DNA of 64,000 nt from positions 3,678,277-3,742,276 of the forward strand of contig CP070695.1 in the NCBI GenBank assembly GCA_020353515.1. The letters run 5' to 3'. Every line of letters begins with the position of its first letter. Position 1 is the first letter of the stretch. The translations under genes and the position numbers were made by a program. The notes under the pieces are model-generated. The model did no database searches, had not been told where the DNA came from, and saw nothing but the letters and a program-made list of their open reading frames with translations. Source of the stretch: Candidatus Heimdallarchaeota archaeon. Its GTDB lineage: Archaea; Asgardarchaeota; Heimdallarchaeia; Hodarchaeales; Hodarchaeaceae. Of the stretch, positions 8,777 to 18,927 are shown piece after piece.

Positions 8777-10969
8777 TTAAATCCATTCAATCTTTAGTAC
8801 ACAGACTTCCTGTGACTTCAACTCCCGTTGGATCCTCAGTCCGTTTTCATAACTCCATTTTACTTCTGTTTGACTAGGAATATCTAATACTTTGTATTTT
8901 TCTTCAGGAATACGGATATGAAAAGCTAACTCAGCTTGGTCACCATGATTGAAACCAAATAAAAGCTTGTATCCTGAACCTTCTAAGATCCTCCCCTCTA
9001 CTTTGTTTCCTCCTTTGATGTACATTGGGGGTTCAACATCAGCCCATTTAAAGAGATTTTTAAGGAACTTTCCGTTTTCCTCATTTCTATCCTTTTCATA
9101 AGTCATGCTTATCAATGAACCAATTAGTATCGCTTCACCCTTGCCATAACTGTTGATTATCATTGCGGGCGAACCATCTTCAAAACTTGCTAAGATTTTA
9201 GCAGTATCCTTCAATTGTCCAAAAGCCTCCTCGTAAACTGACCCAAAGATCTCTTTCTTTTCTGAAAAAAAGGTCGAAATCTCCTGTGTTGATCCTACAA
9301 GAAGTTTAGTCTTCTTCCTCTCACGAATCCAACGTTCCTTGCAACCAAAAACTTCTTGAAGACCAAAACCTGGAATCACTTCAGCAGATTGCCCTTTCTC
9401 ATCACTCCACGCTGGACGGATTTCCGCTACTAATTTTCCTCCATGTTGTACAAATTTCTTCACCCCTTCAGCTATCTCTGCTGTCATCATGATGGAAAAA
9501 GGCATGAAAATTAGACGATAATTCTTCAAGTTGCCCTTTACAAAATCATTGATGTGAATAAAATCAACTGGAATGTTCTCCTCCATTAGGGCACGATAAA
9601 TACCTGTCATCGAAGAGGCCACAATATCATTAGATTGCTCCCTAGAACAGGTCAGCATGATATATGAATATATATTGTACACAATCCCAATTTCAGCCTT
9701 TGGGGACTTTGTATTCCGAAAAATATCCATATTTTCTGTAACTATTCTTCCAACTTCTCCTGCTGCCTTAGCTCGATCAGTAATACTCCCATCTAAGTTT
9801 ATCATACCAAATCCTGAGGTTTCATACCCGCAGCTCATAGGATACCATGCATAGTAGTTCAAACCTTTCGCCTCCCTAGCTATGGCACTCCAAGCCCACA
9901 TTTGGACATCTTGGGGGGTCACAGGCTCTCCAAAGCGAATCCCTGTTACACCATCTCCACACTGAAGTTCCCCAAGCCAATAATCTATTCCCTGATCTTT
10001 ACATGAGGAACGAGTAGCATCTAAAGATATTCCACGTTGAGCTGAATCTAGGGGATTATTCCAACCGATGTGCTTTGGATAGAGAGATGTTCCCCAAACT
10101 TCAACCTGTTTTGCCATCTCCCAATCATCAGGATTACCATACCAATTTAAAGGAGGCACAAAAACTGAACTTATGGCAGCATGACTCGTAACCACATGTT
10201 CAGAATCAACTTTTTTAACAGTCTGAGCTCGCCACTTCAAATCCTCAGCTAATTTATCTATGTTGAATAGTTGCCAGTCTATAAGATCTCGCCAAGTTGA
10301 TAATGTAACATACTTTGGTGGAATAACCTCATTCCAGTCTCTATATGCACGATACCAAGATTTATTCAGGTTTCTTATGTTATCGTAACGTTTCCTCAAC
10401 CAATTGCGGAATCTTTCACGACTATGCTGACAATAACAAAACCAACCAACCCCACTTGGAAGCCAGTCGAGCCAAGTCCAGCTGAGAATATGAGGTTCAC
10501 TCCAAACATCCCATCCGTAAAAACTTGGATGCTTTTTTACTTGTTCAGCCACTTTTTGCATAAAGATTGTTGCCTCTTTTCTAACATCTGGATGATCTAA
10601 GCAAAATCCTGGTGAGGCTTGTGAATCGATCATATCATCGTTTTGTGCTTGAAAACGTGAATCAGGATAGAGAGAAGCTATCCAGTTTGGTGCTGAGTCT
10701 AAGTACAGCTGCATGATTACTTTTAATTCATTTTTCTCCGCCAATTTCATAAGTGGATCGATGAAACTAAGGTTCCAGACCCCTGGTTCAGGTTCTACGG
10801 TTAACCAGTCAACCCAAAATTTCACTGAGTTAAAACCAAGTTTTTTCATATTCTCGATATCTCTTTTGGCAATTTTATGACTTTCTTCTGTAGGGTGAGA
10901 TAACATTGGAGCACGTGCTTTATTTTCGCCATACCATACAGAAATAGGAAAGAAATCTGCCATTTTCAA
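8777..10969 (-). CDS. GH42-like glycoside hydrolase (beta-galactosidase family)
   Basis: DVWSEP acid/base, FCYC zinc site, GELQ nucleophile, trimerisation-like domain (GGKLVAE). Confidence 0.85.
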   Translation of the reverse strand: MKMADFFPISVWYGENKARAPMLSHPTEESHKIAKRDIENMKKLGFNSVKFWVDWLTVEPEPGVWNLSFIDPLMKLAEKNELKVIMQLYLDSAPNWIASLYPDSRFQAQNDDMIDSQASPGFCLDHPDVRKEATIFMQKVAEQVKKHPSFYGWDVWSEPHILSWTWLDWLPSGVGWFCYCQHSRERFRNWLRKRYDNIRNLNKSWYRAYRDWNEVIPPKYVTLSTWRDLIDWQLFNIDKLAEDLKWRAQTVKKVDSEHVVTSHAAISSVFVPPLNWYGNPDDWEMAKQVEVWGTSLYPKHIGWNNPLDSAQRGISLDATRSSCKDQGIDYWLGELQCGDGVTGIRFGEPVTPQDVQMWAWSAIAREAKGLNYYAWYPMSCGYETSGFGMINLDGSITDRAKAAGEVGRIVTENMDIFRNTKSPKAEIGIVYNIYSYIMLTCSREQSNDIVASSMTGIYRALMEENIPVDFIHINDFVKGNLKNYRLIFMPFSIMMTAEIAEGVKKFVQHGGKLVAEIRPAWSDEKGQSAEVIPGFGLQEVFGCKERWIRERKKTKLLVGSTQEISTFFSEKKEIFGSVYEEAFGQLKDTAKILASFEDGSPAMIINSYGKGEAILIGSLISMTYEKDRNEENGKFLKNLFKWADVEPPMYIKGGNKVEGRILEGSGYKLLFGFNHGDQAELAFHIRIPEEKYKVLDIPSQTEVKWSYENGLRIQRELKSQEVCVLKIEWI

Positions 10970-11721
10970 CCATCCTTCTCTCTCATCATTTTACTGTAAG
11001 CTTCAAATACTTCTTCATTATGAGTCTTAGGTATTTCACCAACATTTGGAGAAACAAACACTTTTAATGACATTTTTTTATCAATTAAGATTTTTGCTAT
11101 TTCGGCTACCAATGCCATGGAGATAGCAACTATAGCTATCGTTGAACCAGCTGCAACGGGTTCTCGCTGCCCATCTATTTTGACCAGTGCATCTTCAGCT
11201 GGTACACAATTATCAATGGTGATATCTGCTATATCACACAACCTATTTCCTTGGTGAGTAGTAGAAACCTTCTGTTGATTTTCCATAGATGTAACAGCGA
11301 CTACAAAGAGGCCTAATCTCTTGGCACCTAGTGCCATCTCAACAGGTACAGCATTAATGCCCCCATGAGAGAATACCAACATAACATCCTTGTCATTAAT
11401 CTTATTACGTTTGAGAAGGATTTCAGCATAACCTTCTTGTCGTTCAAGCCAAAGTAACTCCTGAACTCCTCCAGGTCCGATGATATTGAACCACATCAAC
11501 CGTGGATCAAGCAGAGGATGGAAACCAGGATAACTACCGTAACGGGGAAATATATCAAGGACTGGTATAACTGAATGTCCGCTACCAAACATGTGAACGA
11601 CTCCTCCCTGTGCAATGGAATCCGCCATGACCTGAGCAGCCTTTTTAATCTGTTCAGATTGAGTTACACGAATTTTTTTAAGAACAACCTCTATTGCTTC
11701 AAAGTATTGATCAGATGTCAT
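10966..11721 (-). CDS. Single-SIS-domain phosphosugar enzyme (UPF0309/NagS-like)
   Basis: HMFGSGHS, PRYG, ERQEGYA, SHGG, VAVTS, DNCVP.EDA. 4-nt overlap with the GH42 gene. Confidence 0.8.
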   Translation of the reverse strand: MTSDQYFEAIEVVLKKIRVTQSEQIKKAAQVMADSIAQGGVVHMFGSGHSVIPVLDIFPRYGSYPGFHPLLDPRLMWFNIIGPGGVQELLWLERQEGYAEILLKRNKINDKDVMLVFSHGGINAVPVEMALGAKRLGLFVVAVTSMENQQKVSTTHQGNRLCDIADITIDNCVPAEDALVKIDGQREPVAAGSTIAIVAISMALVAEIAKILIDKKMSLKVFVSPNVGEIPKTHNEEVFEAYSKMMREKDG

Positions 11722-12030
11722 GATTTTTCACTTAAATTGTAGGTTTTAATACTATTTCAGAGTAGTTAAAATTAACCCCAGAAGATACAATTAAACATAA
11801 AAACTTATAGGTATAATTTTACAAGTGAAGGAAAAAGCAATACCATTTAACCGTTATTTGATGAATGACAAGAGTTTGGTGAATAAGAGCTGCTAAGGTT
11901 GGTCAAATCTGGTGTAGATGGTCATATCCTCTTGAAATGATCTGGGAAATTCTGGAAAAGTATTTATTACAATAGTTAAAGATGTGTTACAAAATAAGGA
12001 AGATCTCAATCCAGTCAACTCTTAGCAAGA

Positions 12031-13227
12031 ATGAGTTTACCAATACTTAAAGGAAGCAATAAAATGGGACAAATCGCTTTGAAAGCAGACAGAGTACTTA
12101 CACCTACAAAAGAACTCACGGACGTCGCCATTATTGTTGAGAAAGATATAATAAAGAAGATAATACCGTCGAATGAGATACCACAAAACATGGATGTGCT
12201 ATATCACCCTAATACTATAGCTGCTCCGGGATTCATTGATATTCACATACATGGATATCATGGTTGTGATAGTACTTCAGGTAAAGAATCATGCTTTGCT
12301 CAAATGTCCAAATCTTTATTAAAACATGGTGTTACGTCTTATTTACCAACGACTGTGACCCAATCCCAGGAAGTTTTGTTAAAAATATGTAATGTTCTAA
12401 AATCAGTTATTAAAAGAGGGGTGAATGGAGCAGAGATATTAGGACTTCACTTAGAAGGCCCCTACATAGGCAAGGGGAAAGAAGTAGGTGCGCAAAATGT
12501 GGATTTTGCCCGAAATCCAGATATTAAAGAACTAATGGAACTAATAGAAAATTCTGGAAATAATATAAGAAGAATTACTCTTGCACCAGAACTTCCTGGA
12601 GCATTGGAATTAATTAAGTATGTAAAGGAAAAGGGAATAATAGTTGCTGCTGGACATACGAATGCTACCTACAAAGAAGCAATATTAGGATTTAACGCTG
12701 GTGTAACCATCTGTAACCATCTTTTTAATGGAATGAGACCTTTTCACCATAGAGAACCGGGGATAGTAGGTGCATACTTTGTACGAGATGATTTATACGC
12801 AGAAATGATTGCAGACATGATTCACCTTCATCCAGAAGTTATAAATGCAATAATTAAAATGAAAGGGACTGAGAAAATAATCTTAATAACTGATGCTATT
12901 GCGGGAACATGTCTCCCAGACGGGGAATACGAACTAGGTGGGTTAAGAACCATTATCAAGGACGGAATAAGTCGAATAGAGACCACTGGGAGACTAGCCG
13001 GTAGTACTTTGAGAATGGATGTTGCAATCAAGAATATAGTTACAAATTTAGGCGTAGATCTGAAAGATGCCATAAGAATGGCAACATCAAATCCAGCAGA
13101 GGCAATGAAACTATCAAATTATGGTCGCTTAGCTCCTGGATGTGTAGCTGATATTGTTGTTCTTGATTCAAATTTAGATGTTCTCATTACAATGTGTAGA
13201 GGGAAAGTCCTTTACTCCACGAAATAA
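12031..13227 (+). CDS. nagA: N-acetylglucosamine-6-phosphate deacetylase (start may be ATG 12064)
   Basis: PGFIDIHIHG, HLEGPY, LAPE, GHT, HLFNGM, ITDA, LAGS. Confidence 0.93.
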   Translation: MSLPILKGSNKMGQIALKADRVLTPTKELTDVAIIVEKDIIKKIIPSNEIPQNMDVLYHPNTIAAPGFIDIHIHGYHGCDSTSGKESCFAQMSKSLLKHGVTSYLPTTVTQSQEVLLKICNVLKSVIKRGVNGAEILGLHLEGPYIGKGKEVGAQNVDFARNPDIKELMELIENSGNNIRRITLAPELPGALELIKYVKEKGIIVAAGHTNATYKEAILGFNAGVTICNHLFNGMRPFHHREPGIVGAYFVRDDLYAEMIADMIHLHPEVINAIIKMKGTEKIILITDAIAGTCLPDGEYELGGLRTIIKDGISRIETTGRLAGSTLRMDVAIKNIVTNLGVDLKDAIRMATSNPAEAMKLSNYGRLAPGCVADIVVLDSNLDVLITMCRGKVLYSTK

Positions 13228-13273
13228 TGTTATTCAACACGAGCAATTATTTTTCTGTAAGAAATCATCATTA

Positions 13274-14311
13274 TCACGTAGCAAAATCATAACAAGATGA
13301 TGTTTTAGCAAAATCGATGACATCCTTTAATGTCCCAATTTCCCCTGTTGATATCTGATAAGCAGCTACTGCATTTGCAAATACTGTGGTTTCTGGGATT
13401 GACAGACCTAATTGCCATCCTGTTAGAAAACCAGCATGCCAACTGTCACCCGCACCTGTCGCTTTGAGGACAGAAATATTAAAACATGGCGTATTGGTTA
13501 GTTGTTCTCCATCTTTCCAGATTTCTGCTTTTTTTGCCATATGTAATCCAAACAAAATATCAGGATAAGTGATGGAGAGGTGCTGGATTGCTTCTTCTGG
13601 TGTCAGATTGGGTTTTTGAGCTAGTAATTGAAATTCAGTTTCATTTCCAGTAATGAATGACGGTACTTTTGTAGGATGTTCTAAAATACGGTGCCTAAAT
13701 CCCTCAATACGTTGAAGATGTGGTGTTAAATCAGAAAAGTCAACTGAAACTACAGTAGAAGGGGGTACTTCTTGTAGTATAGTCTCAACTAGATTCTCCA
13801 TCTGGAAGTTTTGAGCATTTGTTATCGCAATTACATGGCTTTCTTTCAGAACTCGCCATTGTTCGGGTGTTAATTTTTCCGAAGAAAATTCAGCAACACT
13901 TCCTGAGGCGCAAAACATCACATTATGTTTGTTTGAACCATGGGGAATTTCGAGAATGACTGAACTTGCTATTTCACCTGTAGTCGATACGAGAGTTTTT
14001 ACTCCAAGAGGATGTAGAAAAAATTCAACAAGCTGTTTGCCTAATGGAGAAGTTTCACATAAAAAAATCGTTGGAACACCTAAACCACCTAATGTTTTAG
14101 CTACATTCCCTCCATTTCCTCCTGCAATGAATTGAGCTTTTGGTCCAAGAATGTTACCACCCCCTCTTGAATAGACTGTTTCCATCTCGCTTTTCAGCTT
14201 ATTATAAGACATTGTTGGATCTATTATAATATCAAGGTAAAAATCAGGTAGAACAGTCATTTTTAACTGTTTTATCTTACTAATTGCAGTTTCAAAGTCT
14301 ATTGAAATCAT
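13274..14311 (-). CDS. PfkB/ribokinase-family carbohydrate kinase
   Basis: GGNGGNVA, NETE, TGAGDSW anion-hole motif. Confidence 0.85.
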   Translation of the reverse strand: MISIDFETAISKIKQLKMTVLPDFYLDIIIDPTMSYNKLKSEMETVYSRGGGNILGPKAQFIAGGNGGNVAKTLGGLGVPTIFLCETSPLGKQLVEFFLHPLGVKTLVSTTGEIASSVILEIPHGSNKHNVMFCASGSVAEFSSEKLTPEQWRVLKESHVIAITNAQNFQMENLVETILQEVPPSTVVSVDFSDLTPHLQRIEGFRHRILEHPTKVPSFITGNETEFQLLAQKPNLTPEEAIQHLSITYPDILFGLHMAKKAEIWKDGEQLTNTPCFNISVLKATGAGDSWHAGFLTGWQLGLSIPETTVFANAVAAYQISTGEIGTLKDVIDFAKTSSCYDFAT

Positions 14312-14335
14312 TCATAATCACATTGATCTTTACAA

Positions 14336-15364
14336 TTATATTGTGTCATTAATTTGGGGTTTTCTATTTATTATGGTCTTTATTTGTTCCATCTTTTCTG
14401 GGTTATCCTGGATTTTCTCCCACGACCAGAAAATAACTCCACTTGAAGGAACCTTTACGGCTTGTACAACCATCTCACTAAATTCTTCGGTTGTGATTTC
14501 TGTAGTTAAATAACTTCTTTCCACTTGGATACTTGGTACAATCTTCTGCTTTGTCAGTTCATACATATTTTTAACCACTGCGTTTATCCAAGATGGTTTT
14601 CTTTTTAACATATGAGAATAACACATAGGCGAAATAAAATCAACTATCTTTGCTATTTCCTTAAGATCTTGACCTGCAATTTTTTCAATTGCGCCATCAA
14701 AGTCGATTTGTCTCCATGGTAGAACATGAACATTAATCAGAATATCAGGTTTTAATTTCCTAACCTCTTGAGTGATTTCTTTTATGAAGTTGGAAATGTT
14801 AGTGCATTTCCATTTCGTCCATTCAATAGATAGATTATTCTGGATGAATTCTACAATTCTTTGGTTATCCATAATTTCTGTTGGCATTGCTAGTTTAGAA
14901 TCTTCTTGGAATTTCTCTATACAATAAGGGCAAAAACAGCAGTTTGGAATAGACTCTAAGGTTCTTCCAGGGTAAATTTTTTCCCAGAATACAAAATAGC
15001 GGATGAAATCTAAACTTAAACCATCAGGGTTTAGCTCTGTGACTACTTTTTTCATTTCTTCAACTTTATTTTTCCGATAATCATCTCGTGTTGGACATAC
15101 GAATTTCACCCATTCGTCTACTGCTTTCTCCCCTTTATTAGTTATCGAGTATAATTCAGGATTTTTCTCAAGAGCCTCTGGATCATAAAAAACAGGAAAT
15201 ATAATAAAAACAGTCATTTTTTTTTCTTTCATTAGTTTTCTAAATTTATAATTGGAATACAAAGATGTACTTACAAAGACTGTATCGAAGCTTAAAGAAC
15301 GCCATTCATTGAATACCCCCTTAAGATCTCTTTGTAGGTCATATATTTTAGTTCCAATCATCAT
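14336..15364 (-). CDS. GHL10/DUF187-like putative glycoside hydrolase (TIM barrel)
   Basis: FVCPT, GLSLDFIRY, CCFCPYC, GQD, SPMCYS. Confidence 0.65.
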   Translation of the reverse strand: MMIGTKIYDLQRDLKGVFNEWRSLSFDTVFVSTSLYSNYKFRKLMKEKKMTVFIIFPVFYDPEALEKNPELYSITNKGEKAVDEWVKFVCPTRDDYRKNKVEEMKKVVTELNPDGLSLDFIRYFVFWEKIYPGRTLESIPNCCFCPYCIEKFQEDSKLAMPTEIMDNQRIVEFIQNNLSIEWTKWKCTNISNFIKEITQEVRKLKPDILINVHVLPWRQIDFDGAIEKIAGQDLKEIAKIVDFISPMCYSHMLKRKPSWINAVVKNMYELTKQKIVPSIQVERSYLTTEITTEEFSEMVVQAVKVPSSGVIFWSWEKIQDNPEKMEQIKTIINRKPQINDTI

Positions 15365-15536
15365 TTCATTACCTTCTCAAATTTCTTGGAGAATAAAGTC
15401 TTCTAATAACTATGTATCAATCCTAATTCTTTAAAATTTATCACAATGTTCTTAGGCTGAGCTAAATGGAACAATCTAATCCTAACAATTAGGGTAAAAC
15501 AATGTAATTACCTTCTTATGTGAATGGTGAATCTAT

Positions 15537-17840
15537 ATGGTAGATATAAAATCCTTATTATCGCAATTAACTTTAGAAGAAAAAGCAGCTTTCTGCACTG
15601 GTTCAGGACCTTGGCAAACAATCGATGTGGAGCGACTAGGAATTCCCAGAATTACAATGAGCGATGGCCCTCACGGTGTACGAAAAGTTCAAAACATAGA
15701 GGAATTTGGTTTAGCAAAAAGTTTTCCTGCAACGTGTTTTCCTCCCGCCGTGCTTTTAGCATCGACATGGAATAAAGATCTAGTTCAAAGAGTGGGTGAG
15801 TTTTTAGGAGACGAATGTATTTCTCTCGATGTCGATATATTACTGGGGCCAGGTGTCAATATAAAGAGAACCCCCTTATGTGGTCGAAATTTTGAATATT
15901 ATTCCGAGGACCCCTATTTAGCTGGAGAAATGGGTACAGCTTTCGTAAAAGGTGTTCAAAGTAAGGGAGTGGGTACCTCGTTAAAGCATTATTCTGCAAA
16001 TAATCAAGAATATCAAAGATTCATTATTAGTGCAGAAATTGATGAACGTACGTTAAGAGAAATCTACTTACCAGCTTTCGAGAAGACTGTGAAAGAGTCA
16101 CAACCCTGGACTGTTATGTGTGCTTATAACAAAATAAATGGGATTTTCGCCTCGGAGCATTATGATCTTTTAACTAGAATAATGAAATCAGAATGGAATT
16201 TAGATGGGTTTATTGTTTCTGATTGGGGAGCCGTCCAAAATCGTGTTGCTGCACTCAAAGGAGGACTCGATCTTCAAATGCCTGGTCCCAACGATTTGGA
16301 TGTCCAAAAGGTTGTTGAGGCTGTCAAGAATAATGAACTTGATGAAAATGTCTTGAATCAAGCTGTAGAACGGATTTTGAAGATTATTTTTCGAGCTAAA
16401 AAAACAAAAAAAGCGCATATTGAATTCGATAAGGAAAAGCATCATGAATTCGCTCGTAAAGTAGCAGCAGAAGGTATTATTTTACTAAAGAATGAAGATA
16501 ATGTTTTACCGATAAAAGATGCTTCTTCAATTGCAATAATTGGAAAGATGGCAAAGGAACCTCGTTTCCAAGGCGGAGGTAGTTCTTTAATCAATCCTAC
16601 AAAAGTCGATAATCCTTTTCAAGAGATTAAAAAGTTAGGAGGAGAAAGTATTCTTGTTAGATATGCCGATGGTTACGCAAAAGAAGGCATAGATAAAACA
16701 TTAATAGATGAAGCATGTGATGTCGCCAAACAATCCGACATTGTCATTATATTTTCAGGCTTACCCTTCGAGCATGAATCAGAGGGATACGATCGAAAAA
16801 CCATTAAAATGCCTGAAAGTCATATTGAGCTCATAAAAGCTGTAGCAAAGTCCAATACTAAGACAATAGTAGTTTTGAATAATGGTTCTGTTATTAGTCT
16901 ATATGAATGGATTGATAGTGTTCCAGTAGTTATTGAAGCTTATTTAGGAGGACAAGCGGGTGGAGGAGCAGTAGCAGATGTTTTGTTTGGTAAAGAAAAT
17001 CCATCGGGGAAATTAGCTGAATCTTTTCCTAAAAGATTAGAACATACTCCTTCCTATATTAATTATCCTGGAGAGGCTGGAAAAGTAAGATACGGGGAGG
17101 GCCTCTATGTTGGGTATAGATACTATGATAAAAAATCAATCGAACCGATTTTTCCATTTGGATATGGATTAAGCTATACTACATTTGCTTACTCAAATTT
17201 AACAATTTCCAGCAAATCTTTCAAAGACATAGATGGTGTTGATGTTAATGTGGATATAACTAATACAGGGAAAGTTCCAGGAAAAGAAGTTGTACAATTA
17301 TACATTCACCAGCCCAATCCTAAAGCCGATAAACCAAACAAAGAGATGAAAGGATTTAGTAAAGTTGAACTACAGCCCAATGAAACAAAAACTGTTGCTT
17401 TCCACTTAGATTCTCGTTCTTTTGCCTATTATAGTGTTATTCACAAATCATGGGTTTGGGATAATGGAGAATATGAGATTCTCGTTGGAGCATCATCAAA
17501 GGATATTCGATTAAGAACTAAGGTGATTTTGGAGTCAACTCAAAATTTACCTTGCAAATTGAATATGGATTCAACATTGCGTGATTGGCTTGATGATCCA
17601 AACGGAAAATTCATTATAGACGAAATGATTGCTCAGCGTATTAATCAAGTAAAAATGCAGAATCCAGATATGGAAGTTGATGAAAACCAAGTAAAACAAG
17701 AACTTCTTATGTGGGCGATTGATATGCCTTTGTTAAGAATGTTCAAGTATGTTGAAAACCAGCTTCCAATGTCGGCTGAAGATCTTGTTAAATACTTCTT
17801 AACCCGAGTAGGAGTTAATAATGAAGAAAACGCGTCTTAA
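15537..17840 (+). CDS. GH3 beta-glucosidase, cytoplasmic
   Basis: SDGPHGVR, GRNFEYYSEDP, KHY, nucleophile SDWG, SEGYDR, FPFGYGLSYT, FnIII domain. Confidence 0.93.
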   Translation: MVDIKSLLSQLTLEEKAAFCTGSGPWQTIDVERLGIPRITMSDGPHGVRKVQNIEEFGLAKSFPATCFPPAVLLASTWNKDLVQRVGEFLGDECISLDVDILLGPGVNIKRTPLCGRNFEYYSEDPYLAGEMGTAFVKGVQSKGVGTSLKHYSANNQEYQRFIISAEIDERTLREIYLPAFEKTVKESQPWTVMCAYNKINGIFASEHYDLLTRIMKSEWNLDGFIVSDWGAVQNRVAALKGGLDLQMPGPNDLDVQKVVEAVKNNELDENVLNQAVERILKIIFRAKKTKKAHIEFDKEKHHEFARKVAAEGIILLKNEDNVLPIKDASSIAIIGKMAKEPRFQGGGSSLINPTKVDNPFQEIKKLGGESILVRYADGYAKEGIDKTLIDEACDVAKQSDIVIIFSGLPFEHESEGYDRKTIKMPESHIELIKAVAKSNTKTIVVLNNGSVISLYEWIDSVPVVIEAYLGGQAGGGAVADVLFGKENPSGKLAESFPKRLEHTPSYINYPGEAGKVRYGEGLYVGYRYYDKKSIEPIFPFGYGLSYTTFAYSNLTISSKSFKDIDGVDVNVDITNTGKVPGKEVVQLYIHQPNPKADKPNKEMKGFSKVELQPNETKTVAFHLDSRSFAYYSVIHKSWVWDNGEYEILVGASSKDIRLRTKVILESTQNLPCKLNMDSTLRDWLDDPNGKFIIDEMIAQRINQVKMQNPDMEVDENQVKQELLMWAIDMPLLRMFKYVENQLPMSAEDLVKYFLTRVGVNNEENAS

Positions 17841-17904
17841 TCGAATAACAGTCACATGATTCCTTATCAATTACAAAAGAAAAGACCAAATAGAAAGAGG
17901 AGTT

Positions 17905-18888
17905 TCACCATGGAGGATGGTAAATTCCGTGGATGTCAGGTTTATTATTGAGAATCTCCTCTATCTGATTTAAAGTCTTATCACTGAGCTTTAATCCTGA
18001 TGCTTGGGTGTTAGATGTAATATGTTGAGGTTTGGTTGCACCTGTGATTGCACAACTTATTTCTTCATGTCTCAAGATCCAAGCAAGTGCTAATTGAGAC
18101 ATCTGCACATTTAATTCATCAGCAATAGGTTGAAGTTGTTTTACTTTTTCTATATTTGCAGGATTCAAATCCCATTTAAGCCAATCAGTTGAAGCTCCTC
18201 TACTCTCCGTTGGAATACCCTCATTATACTTCCCTGTCAATACTCCTTGACATAAAGGAGAAAAACAGACAATACCCATACCATTACGTTTACAGGTCTC
18301 CATTACACCATGAGGCATTTCAATGTATCGATTCAACATATGATACTGAGGCTGTTCTACAACTGGAGGATGACACCCAAGAGTTTTTGCCATCCAGAAA
18401 GCTCTCTCTAATTGCACTGCTGTCCACACGGAGGTTCCCCAATAATGGACAAGCCCCCTATCAACGAGATCAGACATTGCTTGTACAGTTTCTTCCAGAG
18501 GAGTGTATCTATCATATCTGTGGCAGAAATAAATATCTAAATAGTCTGTATTTAGACGCTTTAGGGTATCATCAATTGATTCCAAGATATGTTTTCGACT
18601 CAGACCTCTATCATTAACTCCTTTAGACATGGGCCAGAAGACTTTGCTACTTATCACTAGGTCTTTTCTATTGTAATTCTCTTCCTGAATCAGCTCTCCT
18701 ATCACTTTTTCTGCATTTCCTCCACTATAGACATCAGCAAGATCTATGAAATTTATGCCAAGGTCAATGGCTTTACTTACACATTCTCTAGTAGAATCCG
18801 TATCTTGAGATCCTCCATAAGTTAACCAAGCCCCCAAGCTTATCTCACTTATTTTTAACCCTGTTTTCCCTACATGACGATATTCCAT
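17905..18888 (-). CDS. Aldo/keto reductase (Kv-beta-like)
   Basis: ISLGAWLTYG, DLADVY, SSKVFW, CHRYD, SPLCQGVLTGKY. Confidence 0.9.
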   Translation of the reverse strand: MEYRHVGKTGLKISEISLGAWLTYGGSQDTDSTRECVSKAIDLGINFIDLADVYSGGNAEKVIGELIQEENYNRKDLVISSKVFWPMSKGVNDRGLSRKHILESIDDTLKRLNTDYLDIYFCHRYDRYTPLEETVQAMSDLVDRGLVHYWGTSVWTAVQLERAFWMAKTLGCHPPVVEQPQYHMLNRYIEMPHGVMETCKRNGMGIVCFSPLCQGVLTGKYNEGIPTESRGASTDWLKWDLNPANIEKVKQLQPIADELNVQMSQLALAWILRHEEISCAITGATKPQHITSNTQASGLKLSDKTLNQIEEILNNKPDIHGIYHPPW

Positions 18889-18927
18889 TTATTTCACCTT
18901 TTAAAACTAATAATTCTAATAAAAAGA

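Noticed and set aside
11722-12030. Gene or RNA in the 309-nt SIS-nagA spacer
   Set aside because: Only very short ORFs and no convincing stems or repeats; consistent with divergent promoters.
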